A stretch of DNA of 58,934 nucleotides, from positions 1 to 58,934 of the IMG/VR virus record IMGVR_UViG_3300037258_000356; one strand, 5' to 3'. This stretch comes from a virus (taxonomy: Duplodnaviria > Caudoviricetes). This document shows, in pieces, positions 26,697-35,760 of the stretch. Made by a program: the position numbers and the translations under genes. The first letter of the stretch is position 1, and each line of letters begins with the position of its first letter. Under the pieces are notes generated by a model, which was given only the letters and a program-made list of their open reading frames with translations, ran no database searches and was not told the origin of the DNA.

Positions 26697-28286
26697 CTAC
26701 TCGTCGCGCGCGCCCGGCGCCGACGTCACGGTGCCACCCGGGATCGGTGACGTCGAGCCGCCGGGTAGCCCGGAGGCAGCCGCGGCGGCGGCGAGATGCT
26801 CGGCAAGCTGCGGGTTCGCTTCGTTGAGGCGGAGCCAGAGCTCGATCTCCTCGGGTGACGCGCCGTACTTCTCCCACGAGACCTGCTGCGGCATGCCGAG
26901 GGCGACCATCTGCGTGAGCTCGTTGCTGAGAATCGACCCGGAGTGCGCGGCCGCGCTCGTCCACAACGTCTCGACACCGTCCTGCGCCGCTTCCTCGGCC
27001 GCCTCAGCGGCCTCGGCGAGATCTTCGTCGACCTTGTCAACGCTGAGCGCCTGCAGCGCATACGACGTCGCGGTTTCGTGGCTGACGCCGTAGTCGATCT
27101 GCTTGCCGTGCAGCTTGCCGACGAACCCGAGCTCCGCAGCACGGATCGCATCCGCGCTGAGGTTCGCCATCTTGCCGACGAGCATGTAGGCCGGCGTCTG
27201 GGTGACCATCGACAGGTGGTGAATGAACATGTCGATCGCGTTGATGTACGGCGTGAGATCGATCTGCTCGAGCTGGCCGACCTTCACGTTTGCCCCCGGG
27301 AACATCCACACCCGCTGCCGGGAGGCCTTCAGCTGCGCCTGCTCCTCGGTGATCGGGTTCCCCGTCACCGGATCCTTCGGCACCTCAACGCCGGTCACAT
27401 AGCGCTGCTGGAAAGCCTGAAACTCGGAGGCGACGAGCATGTCGCGGATCGTCTTGTTCAGGCCGTCATTGAGGGGGATCATGTCCTCGAGGTCCGAGAG
27501 GCCGCCGAGGAGAATGTCCGGCTCGTTCTCGACCGGCACGATCGGCACGAACCCCAAAGGGTTCTCAACCTCGTCGACGAGCATCCACGACGCCGGCTGA
27601 AAGACGCGGTCGGGCTGGTTAGGGAAGTAGGTGGTGGGCTTCGAGGCAGCCCGGTACTTCAACACCTGCTGCGGCGTGTAGTAGTTCAGCCGCAGGAAAC
27701 CGTCGTCGCCGACCCACTTCTTGATCGCGTCGAGCACGCACCACCGGTCGTTCGCGGCGCGGGAGGCGATCATCTGCATCGGCGACTCGACCGTTACCAC
27801 CGGCATCCCATCCGGCCTCGTCGCGACCGGATCGACGAGCGTGAACGACGTGCCGAACTTCATCGCGTCGCGGTGCGCGATCCGCGACCCCGCGGTGAGC
27901 TTGTTCGACTTCCACACCCGCCACGCAAGCTTGTCCACGTCGCTGGTGTCGCCGGTGGAGCCGACACGGAAGCCCTGAACGCGCAGACGGTTGTTGGTGG
28001 CGGAGATGATCAGCCGCATCCAGTTGTCGGAGAAACCAGAGAGCTGGCGGCCGAACCACTGCATGAACGCGACGGACGAGAACGCCGCTGAAGGGTGGCG
28101 GCCGTGGTAGTACGCCTCGAGGACCTCGTAGCGCATCTGGTTCATCTGCAGCGCCCGCTCGAGAAAGCCGACGCGCGCGGCATTCGGGTCCTGCGTCGTC
28201 GGCGCCGGCAGGATCAGCCCGGTGTTGTCGGCCTGCTTCGCCGCGTTGCGGCTCGAAACGCCGGGCGGCATGATCACAGCCAACAC
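26697..28286 (-). CDS. Portal protein, SPP1 gp6-like
   Basis: YYHGRH...NWMRLI...RLRVQGF...NPLGFVPIVP...FQQRYVTG...NLSADAIRAAE. Confidence 0.9.
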   Translation of the reverse strand: MLAVIMPPGVSSRNAAKQADNTGLILPAPTTQDPNAARVGFLERALQMNQMRYEVLEAYYHGRHPSAAFSSVAFMQWFGRQLSGFSDNWMRLIISATNNRLRVQGFRVGSTGDTSDVDKLAWRVWKSNKLTAGSRIAHRDAMKFGTSFTLVDPVATRPDGMPVVTVESPMQMIASRAANDRWCVLDAIKKWVGDDGFLRLNYYTPQQVLKYRAASKPTTYFPNQPDRVFQPASWMLVDEVENPLGFVPIVPVENEPDILLGGLSDLEDMIPLNDGLNKTIRDMLVASEFQAFQQRYVTGVEVPKDPVTGNPITEEQAQLKASRQRVWMFPGANVKVGQLEQIDLTPYINAIDMFIHHLSMVTQTPAYMLVGKMANLSADAIRAAELGFVGKLHGKQIDYGVSHETATSYALQALSVDKVDEDLAEAAEAAEEAAQDGVETLWTSAAAHSGSILSNELTQMVALGMPQQVSWEKYGASPEEIELWLRLNEANPQLAEHLAAAAAASGLPGGSTSPIPGGTVTSAPGARDE

Positions 28287-28320
28287 GCACCTCGCAAGAT
28301 CGGGGCGCGCGGCGCCCGGC

Positions 28321-29769
28321 TTAGAACCCGAACCACTCCGACGGCGCCTGCGGCACGATGCTCATGTCGGCGATCGCGGTGGAGTGCGCCATCGACGCGG
28401 CCGTGAGACAGTCGATCGGCCGACGTGCGCCGCGCGGCGGCCGGATCAGTCGGAACGCTTCGCCGACCGGCTTCTCCACAGCGTTGAGAACATGCTGACG
28501 GAGAATCTCGTGGCCGCTGTGCGCGAGCTCGCGCCGGCGGATCGCCTCCCGAAACCGGCCGTCAGCGAGCGCCATCGGCGTATCGGACTGTGCGTGCTGC
28601 ACCATCGTCAGACCGAGGTCGCGCTCGATCTGCTGCGCCAAAGCCTGCGCGCCGGCGTTCGGGTCGAAGACCACCGCTGCGATCTGAAAGTGCGCGGAGA
28701 AACCGACGATGGCAGCGAGGATCTCGCGGTCGTCGAGCATCGTGCCGTCGCCCGGCGGCTCAAGTACCACCGGGTCGCCGATCACGCGGCGGTCGGCGCG
28801 CTCAACCCAGACGGGTACGAGCGCGGTCGTGTCTGGGCCCTTGAACGCGTTGTCCCAGCCAAGGTAGACGGGCGAGCCGACTGGGATCTTGAGCCCCGGC
28901 TCCGCGAGCGCGTCCCAGTCCCTGGGGTCGATCGCGGTGTCCTCGCCGCGGACCCACACGCCGCACGCGAACCGCGCCCACTGCCAACCCGTCATTGTCG
29001 GCGAGTCGTGCCTCGCCTGCAGACGCTCGAGCGTCTGCCACGACGCCGGATTCGCCGTCTTGACCAGCGCGATGTCGTCGCGGTCCTGATCAGCGTCGAG
29101 CGCCCACTCGTGCAGCACGAACTCGCCGTTCGGCGACCGGTGGCGCCGGTAGGCGCCGTCACGAGAAGCGTCCTCGAGTTGGTGCGCCTTTGTGCGCATC
29201 TGGCCGAGCGGCGACAGCTCGTCATCGCCGGCGGTGGAGATCGTGATCAGCTGGCCGTCGCGCGCACCAAGACCGTCGCGGAACACGCCGTAAAGGTCGG
29301 CCTTGCGATGCCGGTGCATCTCGTCGACGATCGCCAGCGTCGGAATCACGCCGTCGGCGGTGTCGGCGTCGGCCGCGAGGACACGCAGGACGCCCTCGTC
29401 GTGGGTGGCGCGAATTTCGCGGTAGCCCTTCTTCGTGTCGAACGCGCCGCGCAGCGTCGGGGAGCGGCGAACGAACCCGGCGGCCTGGTTGTGCACGATC
29501 GTCGCCTGGTCGCGCGAGTGAGCGCCGACGAAGCACGTCGCGTCGGTGACCACCAGCAAGTGGAAGAGCGCGAGCGCCGCGATCATCGACGTCTTGCCGT
29601 TCTTCTTGCTGATGAGGATCAGCGTCTCGGTACAGCCGTCGAAGTAGTCCTCGAGCATCGACCGCTGAAACCGCTCGAGCACCATTCGGGATCCGTCCTC
29701 GAGCACGAGCTCGCCGCAGAATCGGGCGAACACCTCGAGGTCGACGTCGACGGCGCTAGCTTGCGGCAC
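28321..29769 (-). CDS. terL: Terminase large subunit (start uncertain)
   Basis: Walker A KKNGKT, Walker B IVDEMH, ISTAG coupling motif, nuclease LGWD...IDCLTA. Confidence 0.92.
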   Translation of the reverse strand: MPQASAVDVDLEVFARFCGELVLEDGSRMVLERFQRSMLEDYFDGCTETLILISKKNGKTSMIAALALFHLLVVTDATCFVGAHSRDQATIVHNQAAGFVRRSPTLRGAFDTKKGYREIRATHDEGVLRVLAADADTADGVIPTLAIVDEMHRHRKADLYGVFRDGLGARDGQLITISTAGDDELSPLGQMRTKAHQLEDASRDGAYRRHRSPNGEFVLHEWALDADQDRDDIALVKTANPASWQTLERLQARHDSPTMTGWQWARFACGVWVRGEDTAIDPRDWDALAEPGLKIPVGSPVYLGWDNAFKGPDTTALVPVWVERADRRVIGDPVVLEPPGDGTMLDDREILAAIVGFSAHFQIAAVVFDPNAGAQALAQQIERDLGLTMVQHAQSDTPMALADGRFREAIRRRELAHSGHEILRQHVLNAVEKPVGEAFRLIRPPRGARRPIDCLTAASMAHSTAIADMSIVPQAPSEWFGF

Positions 29770-30157
29770 GTCGCACGGCGAGCTCGTCAACGACCGACAC
29801 CGGGTCACCGCGGCGCGCGGCCACCTCGTCGTTGCGCGGCCGGCGCGCTGGTGCCGGCGCCTTGGGCCCCTGGCGGCCGACGAGGCCGAGCTGGCGAGCG
29901 TAGGTGAGGGCGCGCCGCGACTCGCGGTCAGCGTCGCCGCGCAGGTGGCTTGCGGCAGTCACCGTGTCGGCGGCGTCTGCGAGGTCGCGTAGCTGCGCAG
30001 CGGTTCGCAACGCTGCGACGTACTCGTCGAGGACCGGCCGAACGGCCGGCGTCCATGCGGCGGCCTTCTCTATCTCGGCGAGGGCGGCCCTCCACACGGT
30101 GAGCCACGGCTCGTGCAGCCCTCCGGGGGGCTGTTTGAAGTTCGATGGCCACGCCAT
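29756..30157 (-). CDS. terS: Terminase small subunit
   Basis: GGAGG RBS; helical protein with YARQLGL; overlaps the terL start region. Confidence 0.6.
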   Translation of the reverse strand: MAWPSNFKQPPGGLHEPWLTVWRAALAEIEKAAAWTPAVRPVLDEYVAALRTAAQLRDLADAADTVTAASHLRGDADRESRRALTYARQLGLVGRQGPKAPAPARRPRNDEVAARRGDPVSVVDELAVRRAAS

Positions 30158-30224
30158 GGCCGTCCTCCCGCGCACGCGCGCCTGCGCGCGGGATTCGAAG
30201 GCCGGATGGTGGCCGTCCCTGGTC

Positions 30225-30300
30225 GCGCGACGCGACTTTTTTTCCCGGTTTGCCGACGCGCGGCACGGAGCAGCCGATCGCGAAGGGGTACCCGCCCCCC
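30225..30300 (-). other. Candidate cos/packaging region
   Basis: GGGGGCGGGTACCCC...GGGAAAAAAAGTCGCG in the non-coding gap upstream of terS, as seen in cos-type phages. Confidence 0.35.
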
Positions 30301-30424
30301 ACATTGCTTGGCGGGGGTGCCGGTGGTCTTGCGGGGTGTGTCGGCGCCGCGAGGGCGCCGCAAACATTCCGGCCCGGGCTCGCTCGCTCCCAGGTGAAAG
30401 CAAAGACTCAGCGCTGGGGCGAGT

Positions 30425-30871
30425 CTACGTTCCTGGCCAGTGCCGGGCTTGCATGCCCGTGATGTTCAGGGCGAGCCAGCCAACGCCATCGTTGGGATTC
30501 GCCGCTTGCCACCACTCGTGCTGGAAAGCGGGCAGACCGTTGAATCTGAGTCCGCAGTGTTGCTCGATGTTGTCGTTGCGAACGTACAGGGTCAACCATC
30601 GTCCGACGCCTGGCTCACCCCATTCGATGAGGTTGCCAGTCGCGAGCGGCAGTGGTGGCCGCGGGTTCCACAGGATGCCGCCAGCGCGGAGTGCGAACGA
30701 CGCGCCGGCAGAGCAGTCGATGCCGGCGCCGTGCTCGCCGATGCCTTGGGCGTAGTCGAGCGACGGCTTCCACTGGCTGTTGTGGCCGCCGCTGAACACG
30801 TACGGCAGGCCAGCAAGACGGTCGCACTCGCGGTAGACCGCCTCGACCCGCTGTTGAAGCGTTGCGGTCAC
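30425..30871 (-). CDS. NlpC/P60-like peptidase
   Basis: PYVFSGGH...IDCSAGASFAL...HCGL catalytic Cys/His pattern. Confidence 0.7.
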   Translation of the reverse strand: MTATLQQRVEAVYRECDRLAGLPYVFSGGHNSQWKPSLDYAQGIGEHGAGIDCSAGASFALRAGGILWNPRPPLPLATGNLIEWGEPGVGRWLTLYVRNDNIEQHCGLRFNGLPAFQHEWWQAANPNDGVGWLALNITGMQARHWPGT

Positions 30872-31287
30872 AGGGGCGGTCGGCCGGGCGTGAACTGCGC
30901 CTGGCACACTGGGCAGGTCACCAGCGCTGGGTCGTCGGGGTCTTCGCCTTCGACCTGAGCGGGGTAGATCGCTGCGGGTCGCGCTGGCGGCGCGACGTGC
31001 ACGTAGGGGTTGATCCGCTGATCGTCGTCTGTGACGGCGGATGGCAGCGGGTCGTCGGCACCGCGCGACTTCTGTGTGTCAGGGCCGTGCGCCTGGTCGA
31101 GCACTGGGGTTTGCTGTGGCGCGTCGATGGGCGCGGGCGCTGCTGGTACGAGCTCGCGCGGCTCGGTCGGCGACGGCTGAACGGCAGGCTCTGTGGCGAC
31201 TGGCTTTTCGGGCGCGCCTGGTGTGCTGAGCGTCGGGCCGACTGGCGGCGTTTCGGGCGTCGGATGGGTTGGGTCGTTGGCGCTCAC
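30868..31287 (-). CDS. Pro-rich protein with C-terminal CxxC
   Basis: GGAG RBS; coupled to the downstream gene. Confidence 0.45.
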   Translation of the reverse strand: MSANDPTHPTPETPPVGPTLSTPGAPEKPVATEPAVQPSPTEPRELVPAAPAPIDAPQQTPVLDQAHGPDTQKSRGADDPLPSAVTDDDQRINPYVHVAPPARPAAIYPAQVEGEDPDDPALVTCPVCQAQFTPGRPPL

Positions 31288-31447
31288 GATGCTCCCTTCG
31301 GATACCCGAGCGTCCCGCTCGGCCAGGTTGACGCCGGCGCGGTCGGGAGCGGCTGCGCCGCGACCTTGCCGGGCTTGCTCTTGAACTTGCCGTCGCCGGT
31401 GCGCTTCTGCGGCACGATGCTCGGCGGCTTCGGCGCTGGGACGGGTT

Positions 31448-31729
31448 TCATCGTTTTCCCAGCTTCGTGGCGAGCAGTCCCGTGAGCCGCGCCGCTGCGC
31501 GGTCGAAGTTGAGGCGATGGTCGGGCTGCTGGATTGGCGTTGCGGCGATCACCTTGTTCTCGGCGTTGATGACCTGTAGCTCGTCGAGCGGTCGGCGGCG
31601 GCAGGCATCCTCATCGTCGCGGCGCGGTTTGATCGCAACCGGGTCGCCGGTCGCGATGCCGATCGTGCAGCCGTGCGCAGCGGCGGTGCAGCAGAGCTGT
31701 TCGTAGGCGAGCGACTGGTCGCGATGCAA
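31448..31729 (-). CDS. Hypothetical protein
   Basis: GGAGA RBS, TTG start, fills the operon. Confidence 0.4.
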   Translation of the reverse strand: MHRDQSLAYEQLCCTAAAHGCTIGIATGDPVAIKPRRDDEDACRRRPLDELQVINAENKVIAATPIQQPDHRLNFDRAAARLTGLLATKLGKR

Positions 31730-31732
31730 GGC

Positions 31733-32056
31733 CTATCTCCCTGAGGCTGATTTGACGGCGTGACAGCGGCGGCCAAGCGGCCGCAGGTACTTGAGCGCGT
31801 CGGGATTCGCGATGCCGGCGGCGACGAGCTCGCGGCGCGGCGGCTCGTGGTCCGCGACGACAGCCGGCTCGACGCCGCATTCGACGCACGGCGGTTTCGC
31901 GGCGAGGAGGATGCGGCGGTTTCGTTCGAATTCGGCGGTGTAGCCGCGCTGACGGAAGTTCGGGCGAGTGTCTGGCGTGCGGTCGGTCGCGCCGTGGCGG
32001 GCGCAGCGTTTTGTGCGACTGGGTTTGCCGCAGTCGATGCAGGCGTAGAGCGTCAG
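31733..32056 (-). CDS. Packaging-type HNH endonuclease (CTG start, absent from the ORF track)
   Basis: Manual translation: LTLYACIDCGKP...RGYTAEF...CVECG...ADH...LRPLGRRCHAVK. Confidence 0.7.
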   Translation of the reverse strand: MTLYACIDCGKPSRTKRCARHGATDRTPDTRPNFRQRGYTAEFERNRRILLAAKPPCVECGVEPAVVADHEPPRRELVAAGIANPDALKYLRPLGRRCHAVKSASGR

Positions 32057-32418
32057 CTCGCCTTTCCGCGGATCGCAGCGTTCATTCCGCCGTCGCCGCC
32101 GGCGAGCGCTTTGAGATCCTGCGGCGGGGTCATGCTCGCGGATCGGTAGAGGCCGACGAGCTTTCGCGCCGCGGCGCGCTTCGCGTCGGCTGGCGCGTCA
32201 ACGCCGCCGCGGCCGCCGGCGAGCGCAGCGGCGGCGGCCGCCATGCCGTGGACGTTGAGCGCGCCGTTGGGCTCGTAGACGGGGAGTTTGCAGTCGGCTT
32301 TCGTCCAGTCTGCTGGCGCCCCGGTGTTGAGGTTGATGAGGCACGCGGCAGCGTAGGCCCGCGGTGTCTTGTAGTCGCTGGCGTCGAATTGACCCCAGGG
32401 CTTCGTGGAGATCGCCAT
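32053..32418 (-). CDS. Stand-alone domain resembling prohead-protease-associated domains
   Basis: MAISTKPW...ACLI...KLPVYEPNGALNVHGMAAAAAALAGGRGGV; GGAG RBS. Confidence 0.55.
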   Translation of the reverse strand: MAISTKPWGQFDASDYKTPRAYAAACLINLNTGAPADWTKADCKLPVYEPNGALNVHGMAAAAAALAGGRGGVDAPADAKRAAARKLVGLYRSASMTPPQDLKALAGGDGGMNAAIRGKAS

Positions 32419-32661
32419 CAGTTGCTCCCGTCGTCGAGATGTAGGTCGCGGCGAAGCGCGCGATGGTGGTTGACGAGCTCCTGGTGGTGGGCGTCGAGCT
32501 TTCTGTACGCGGTCGAACGCGCGTTTGCCGAGCCAGGTGCCGAAGGCGAAGCCGAGCGCGCCGCAGACGACCCAGGCGCCGACGTTGGTGCCGACGCCGG
32601 CGCCGAAGAGCCAGGTGAGCAGTCCGCCGTGGTCGTCGAGCGGTGCGAAGTAGAAGAGCAT
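32418..32661 (-). pseudogene. Small membrane protein with an apparent 1-nt frameshift
   Basis: TGATG overlaps at both ends enclose 244 nt (3n+1); removing one A at 32500-32502 gives ...VQKLDAHHQELV...DGSN*. Confidence 0.45.
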
Positions 32662-33104
32662 CAGTAGAGGCCGAGGATCGCGGTGCACGACCATTCGCGA
32701 CCGTCGCCGTCGTGGCGGTAGAGCCACCATGCGCCCCAGGCGCTCCACAGTGCGCTCCAGACGGAGTGGCGGCTGATCCATGCCGGTAGGTGTTGCCAGG
32801 TGGTCCGCTCGAATTGGAAGAGGCCCATCGACGATGTGCCGGCGTTCCAGACTGCGCGGCGCTGCGCGCTCGTTGTGGCTTCGAGGCCGGGCGAGTAGGC
32901 GATCGCGCTCCAGGTGCTTTCGCAGCCGGGGATCTCGAGCAGCCAGGTGCGCTCTTCGCCGCTAACTCGCGTTTTGTCGATGACGTGCTGGACGCAGGCT
33001 TTGGTGTTGCCGGCGCGGCATTGCGCGAGCGTGCTGGGGGCGGCGATCGCGGGCGAGGCGGTTAGTGCGGCTGCGCAGGCTGCCGCGAGCAGGAGACGTC
33101 GGAT
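32661..33104 (-). CDS. Secreted Rpf/lytic transglycosylase-like protein (non-canonical start)
   Basis: Signal peptide IRRLLLAAACAAALTASPAIA; GCES...GLFQF..TTW...EWSC; GGAGG RBS 10 nt before ATC. Confidence 0.7.
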   Translation of the reverse strand: MRRLLLAAACAAALTASPAIAAPSTLAQCRAGNTKACVQHVIDKTRVSGEERTWLLEIPGCESTWSAIAYSPGLEATTSAQRRAVWNAGTSSMGLFQFERTTWQHLPAWISRHSVWSALWSAWGAWWLYRHDGDGREWSCTAILGLY

Positions 33105-33191
33105 GTCAACGGGACCTCCTCGTCGTTTCAGCGGGCCTGGCCGGCGCGCCCGGACACACCCGCTGACGGGCGTCTTCGCGATCAGCCGACG

Positions 33192-33392
33192 CTAGGCGGC
33201 GATGCGGCTCGGTTGCGGCTGGTAGGGCTGGCGTTTCAACGGCAGGACGCCGCGTGCGACGCGGTCGGCGCGTTCTGCGGTGCACCGTTCGCAGGCGCAG
33301 GTGTAGGACCCGTCGCAGAAAGCCTCGGGTAGTTCGGGTCCGATCGTGGCGACGTGAAGGCGCATCTCTGCGCAGTCTCGCGGGGCGCTCAT
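33192..33392 (-). CDS. Small Cys-rich protein
   Basis: CDGSYTCACERC; first ORF after the putative late leader. Confidence 0.4.
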   Translation of the reverse strand: MSAPRDCAEMRLHVATIGPELPEAFCDGSYTCACERCTAERADRVARGVLPLKRQPYQPQPSRIAA

Positions 33393-33492
33393 AGAAGAGA
33401 AAAGCCCGGCTCGTTTTAGGGGTCGCGAACGATTACGCTCGCACCTGGCGCTCCGCTTCACCTTGCGGGGCCCTGAGCACTCGGGCTGCCGG

Positions 33493-34407
33493 TCAAGATA
33501 GCACGCGCTCGGACAGCTTCCTAACGAGCGTGTCGAGAGCGCGTTCGATGCGGCCGATTTCGCGGCTGATCTGCCGGTGCGCGACGAGACCGACGCCGTG
33601 ATCGACGGCGCGAAGATTCGCGAGCTCGACGCGGAGCGTGGCGACGGTCTGATTGATGCTGTCGGCGCCGCTTGTTCGATCGCGTTCGCGGGCGATGCGA
33701 CTGTAGGCCTCCTGGACGCCGGCGGGGATCGCTTCGCCTGCGTCGAGGCTGCCGAGCATCGCGCGGTGGGGGTCGTTGGTGTAGTCGCCGCGGCTGATGT
33801 TGCGTGCGAGCAGCCGCGCGGATTCGACGACGTCGAGCGCGACGACCCACACGAGCCGGTGAGCGTGCCGGCGGTCGAAGACGAGGAGTTCGGCGTCGCA
33901 GCTCGTCGCTTGGCAGGCGAGCGTCGCCGCACTGGCTGTCGGCGACTGAGCTGGCCTTGAGATGAGCTTCGCGACCTGTTCCGGCGGACGCTCCACCGTG
34001 GGCTTGGCGGCGAACCAGCCGCGTTCGTGGGTGTGAACCCAGGCGGTCTTGAAGTCGACGGTGGTGCGGAATCCTTCGGCGCGCGCGCCTTTGTGGTCGA
34101 TGTCGCCGAGCTGCTCGAGCCGCAGGCCGGTGACGGCGGCTTCGGCGACGGTGACCCTGGGGCGCTGTCGGCCGGATTCGGCGGCGGCGAGCTCTTCGGC
34201 GGTCATTTCGGATCTGGCGGCGGGGCGTTCGATGGGGACGATCGCGCCGACGCGGACGGCGGTGTAGCGCAGCTGCTGCTCGAACGGCAGGTCGAGGGTG
34301 AGTTCCACGGTGGTGCCGTTGAGGGTGATCTTTGCGCGCGCGGTCTGTCGGGCCTGGGTTTTGCGGCCTTCGAGGATCTGGCGGCATTGTTCGGCGGTGA
34401 AGATCAC
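33493..34407 (-). CDS. ASCH/PUA-like domain protein
   Basis: MIFT...ILEGRKTQARQ...LEQLGDIDHKGARAEGF. Confidence 0.7.
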   Translation of the reverse strand: MIFTAEQCRQILEGRKTQARQTARAKITLNGTTVELTLDLPFEQQLRYTAVRVGAIVPIERPAARSEMTAEELAAAESGRQRPRVTVAEAAVTGLRLEQLGDIDHKGARAEGFRTTVDFKTAWVHTHERGWFAAKPTVERPPEQVAKLISRPAQSPTASAATLACQATSCDAELLVFDRRHAHRLVWVVALDVVESARLLARNISRGDYTNDPHRAMLGSLDAGEAIPAGVQEAYSRIARERDRTSGADSINQTVATLRVELANLRAVDHGVGLVAHRQISREIGRIERALDTLVRKLSERVLS

Positions 34408-35198
34408 GCGGAGCCGCCTGAGCCATCTGAAGCCAGCCAGTCGTCGTCTAGTGGCTCCCGCGTTTCGGCCCGCCGTTCTTTACTACGAGACACTTCATCA
34501 GTTGTGGGAGCCACCCCGCGCGGTCTTAGGGCTAGTTGTTGTCGTGTCCCCCCGTTAAGTGGCTCTGGCTCACTGCTGTCGTGTGGCTCTCGCCAGTACC
34601 TCGTTTTGGTGCGCTTCCGCGTGGCGCTCTGGCCGCTTCCGCTGCCGGCGTCGTACTGGACCACGGCGCGCTCCCAGCCGAGGTCGATGAGCGCCAGGCG
34701 CAGTTCGACGGTCGAGATCTGTTGGACGAGCATCGTCTTGACCCAGCGTGCGAAGTGGTCGATGTTGATGTGCAGGCGGTGGGTGCGTGGGTCGATGAAC
34801 GGTGAGCGGCGTCGTGCGGCTCCTTCGCGGTCGCGGGTGGCGTTGCTGTCGGCGTATTGGGCGATCCAGTCTTCGACGCTTGAGGCGAGTTTTTCGTCGG
34901 GGTCTTCTTCGATTTCGGTGGCGTGTCCGAGGAGGCCGACGATCATGTCCATCCATTCGGGTTGTTTGATGGCGAGGACGCCGCAGTGACGTTCGACGGC
35001 GATGAGTTTCGTCATTTGGACGCGGCTGAAGAGGACTTCGCTGTTGCGGACGGTGAGCGGCGGGGCGTCTTCGAATTCGAGGGTGAAGCGGGCGCTGTCG
35101 ACGGTGCGGCCGTGCTGGATGATCCGGGTGAGGGGTGGCATGGTGGTGCGTTCGTTGAACGCGGCGAGCATGACGGGGTGCAGGTCGGTGACGCTCAT
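34404..35198 (-). CDS. Hypothetical, possibly replication-associated protein
   Basis: MSVTDLHP start with ATGA overlap; winged-helix-like C-terminal part. Confidence 0.45.
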   Translation of the reverse strand: MSVTDLHPVMLAAFNERTTMPPLTRIIQHGRTVDSARFTLEFEDAPPLTVRNSEVLFSRVQMTKLIAVERHCGVLAIKQPEWMDMIVGLLGHATEIEEDPDEKLASSVEDWIAQYADSNATRDREGAARRRSPFIDPRTHRLHINIDHFARWVKTMLVQQISTVELRLALIDLGWERAVVQYDAGSGSGQSATRKRTKTRYWREPHDSSEPEPLNGGTRQQLALRPRGVAPTTDEVSRSKERRAETREPLDDDWLASDGSGGSA

Positions 35199-35518
35199 GC
35201 GGTGGTGCGGTCGTGAAGGGTTCGCATGTGCGCGTCGCCGCGAAGTTGCATTTCGCGGATCAGGTCGCGCGCGATCGCGGGGTCGAAGTTGACCGGCGGG
35301 TGGTGCCAGGTGCCGCGGATGCGCTGGTCGCGGTGTTGCTCGAGCAGCTGCAGGTAGTCGGGCTCGCTGGCGAGCAGGATGGCTTGGACGGTGAGCTGCT
35401 GGGGGTTGCCAGCTTGGAGTTTGATGACGGCTTGGCCGGCGGTGCGTTGGGTGGCGCGGCTGATGTGGATGGGGCCGTCGGGGCCTTGTTGGACGATGAG
35501 GATGACGTCGCGGTTCAC
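35195..35518 (-). CDS. Degenerate T5orf172/GIY-YIG-like protein
   Basis: GPIHI...LQAGNP...RIRGTW. Confidence 0.5.
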   Translation of the reverse strand: MNRDVILIVQQGPDGPIHISRATQRTAGQAVIKLQAGNPQQLTVQAILLASEPDYLQLLEQHRDQRIRGTWHHPPVNFDPAIARDLIREMQLRGDAHMRTLHDRTTA

Positions 35519-35760
35519 GCTGCCTCTTCGTCTTCTGGCTCGTCGTCGACTGAGCGGAAGCTCTCGCGCGCAAAGTCGCGCGAGAGGTCAAGACCGCACT
35601 GCAGGATCCCGACGAGCTCCCATGACTGGAGCGTCTCGGTGCTACGGACGACGAGCGTGAGGTTGCCGTCGTCGTCGAGGCATTTGACGAGCGCGGTTGC
35701 GTCTAGCGGCGTGTAGCTCGCCGGGACGTTTTCGATCTCGAGTCCAAAGATGTCCGTCAT
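35515..35760 (-). CDS. Hypothetical protein
   Basis: 81 aa ORF coupled to its neighbours. Confidence 0.5.
   Translation of the reverse strand: MTDIFGLEIENVPASYTPLDATALVKCLDDDGNLTLVVRSTETLQSWELVGILQCGLDLSRDFARESFRSVDDEPEDEEAA

Noticed and set aside
33110-33190. c-di-AMP (ydaO) riboswitch upstream of the Rpf-like gene
   Set aside because: The consensus segments were not recognisable and the region is short; kept only as an unnamed stem
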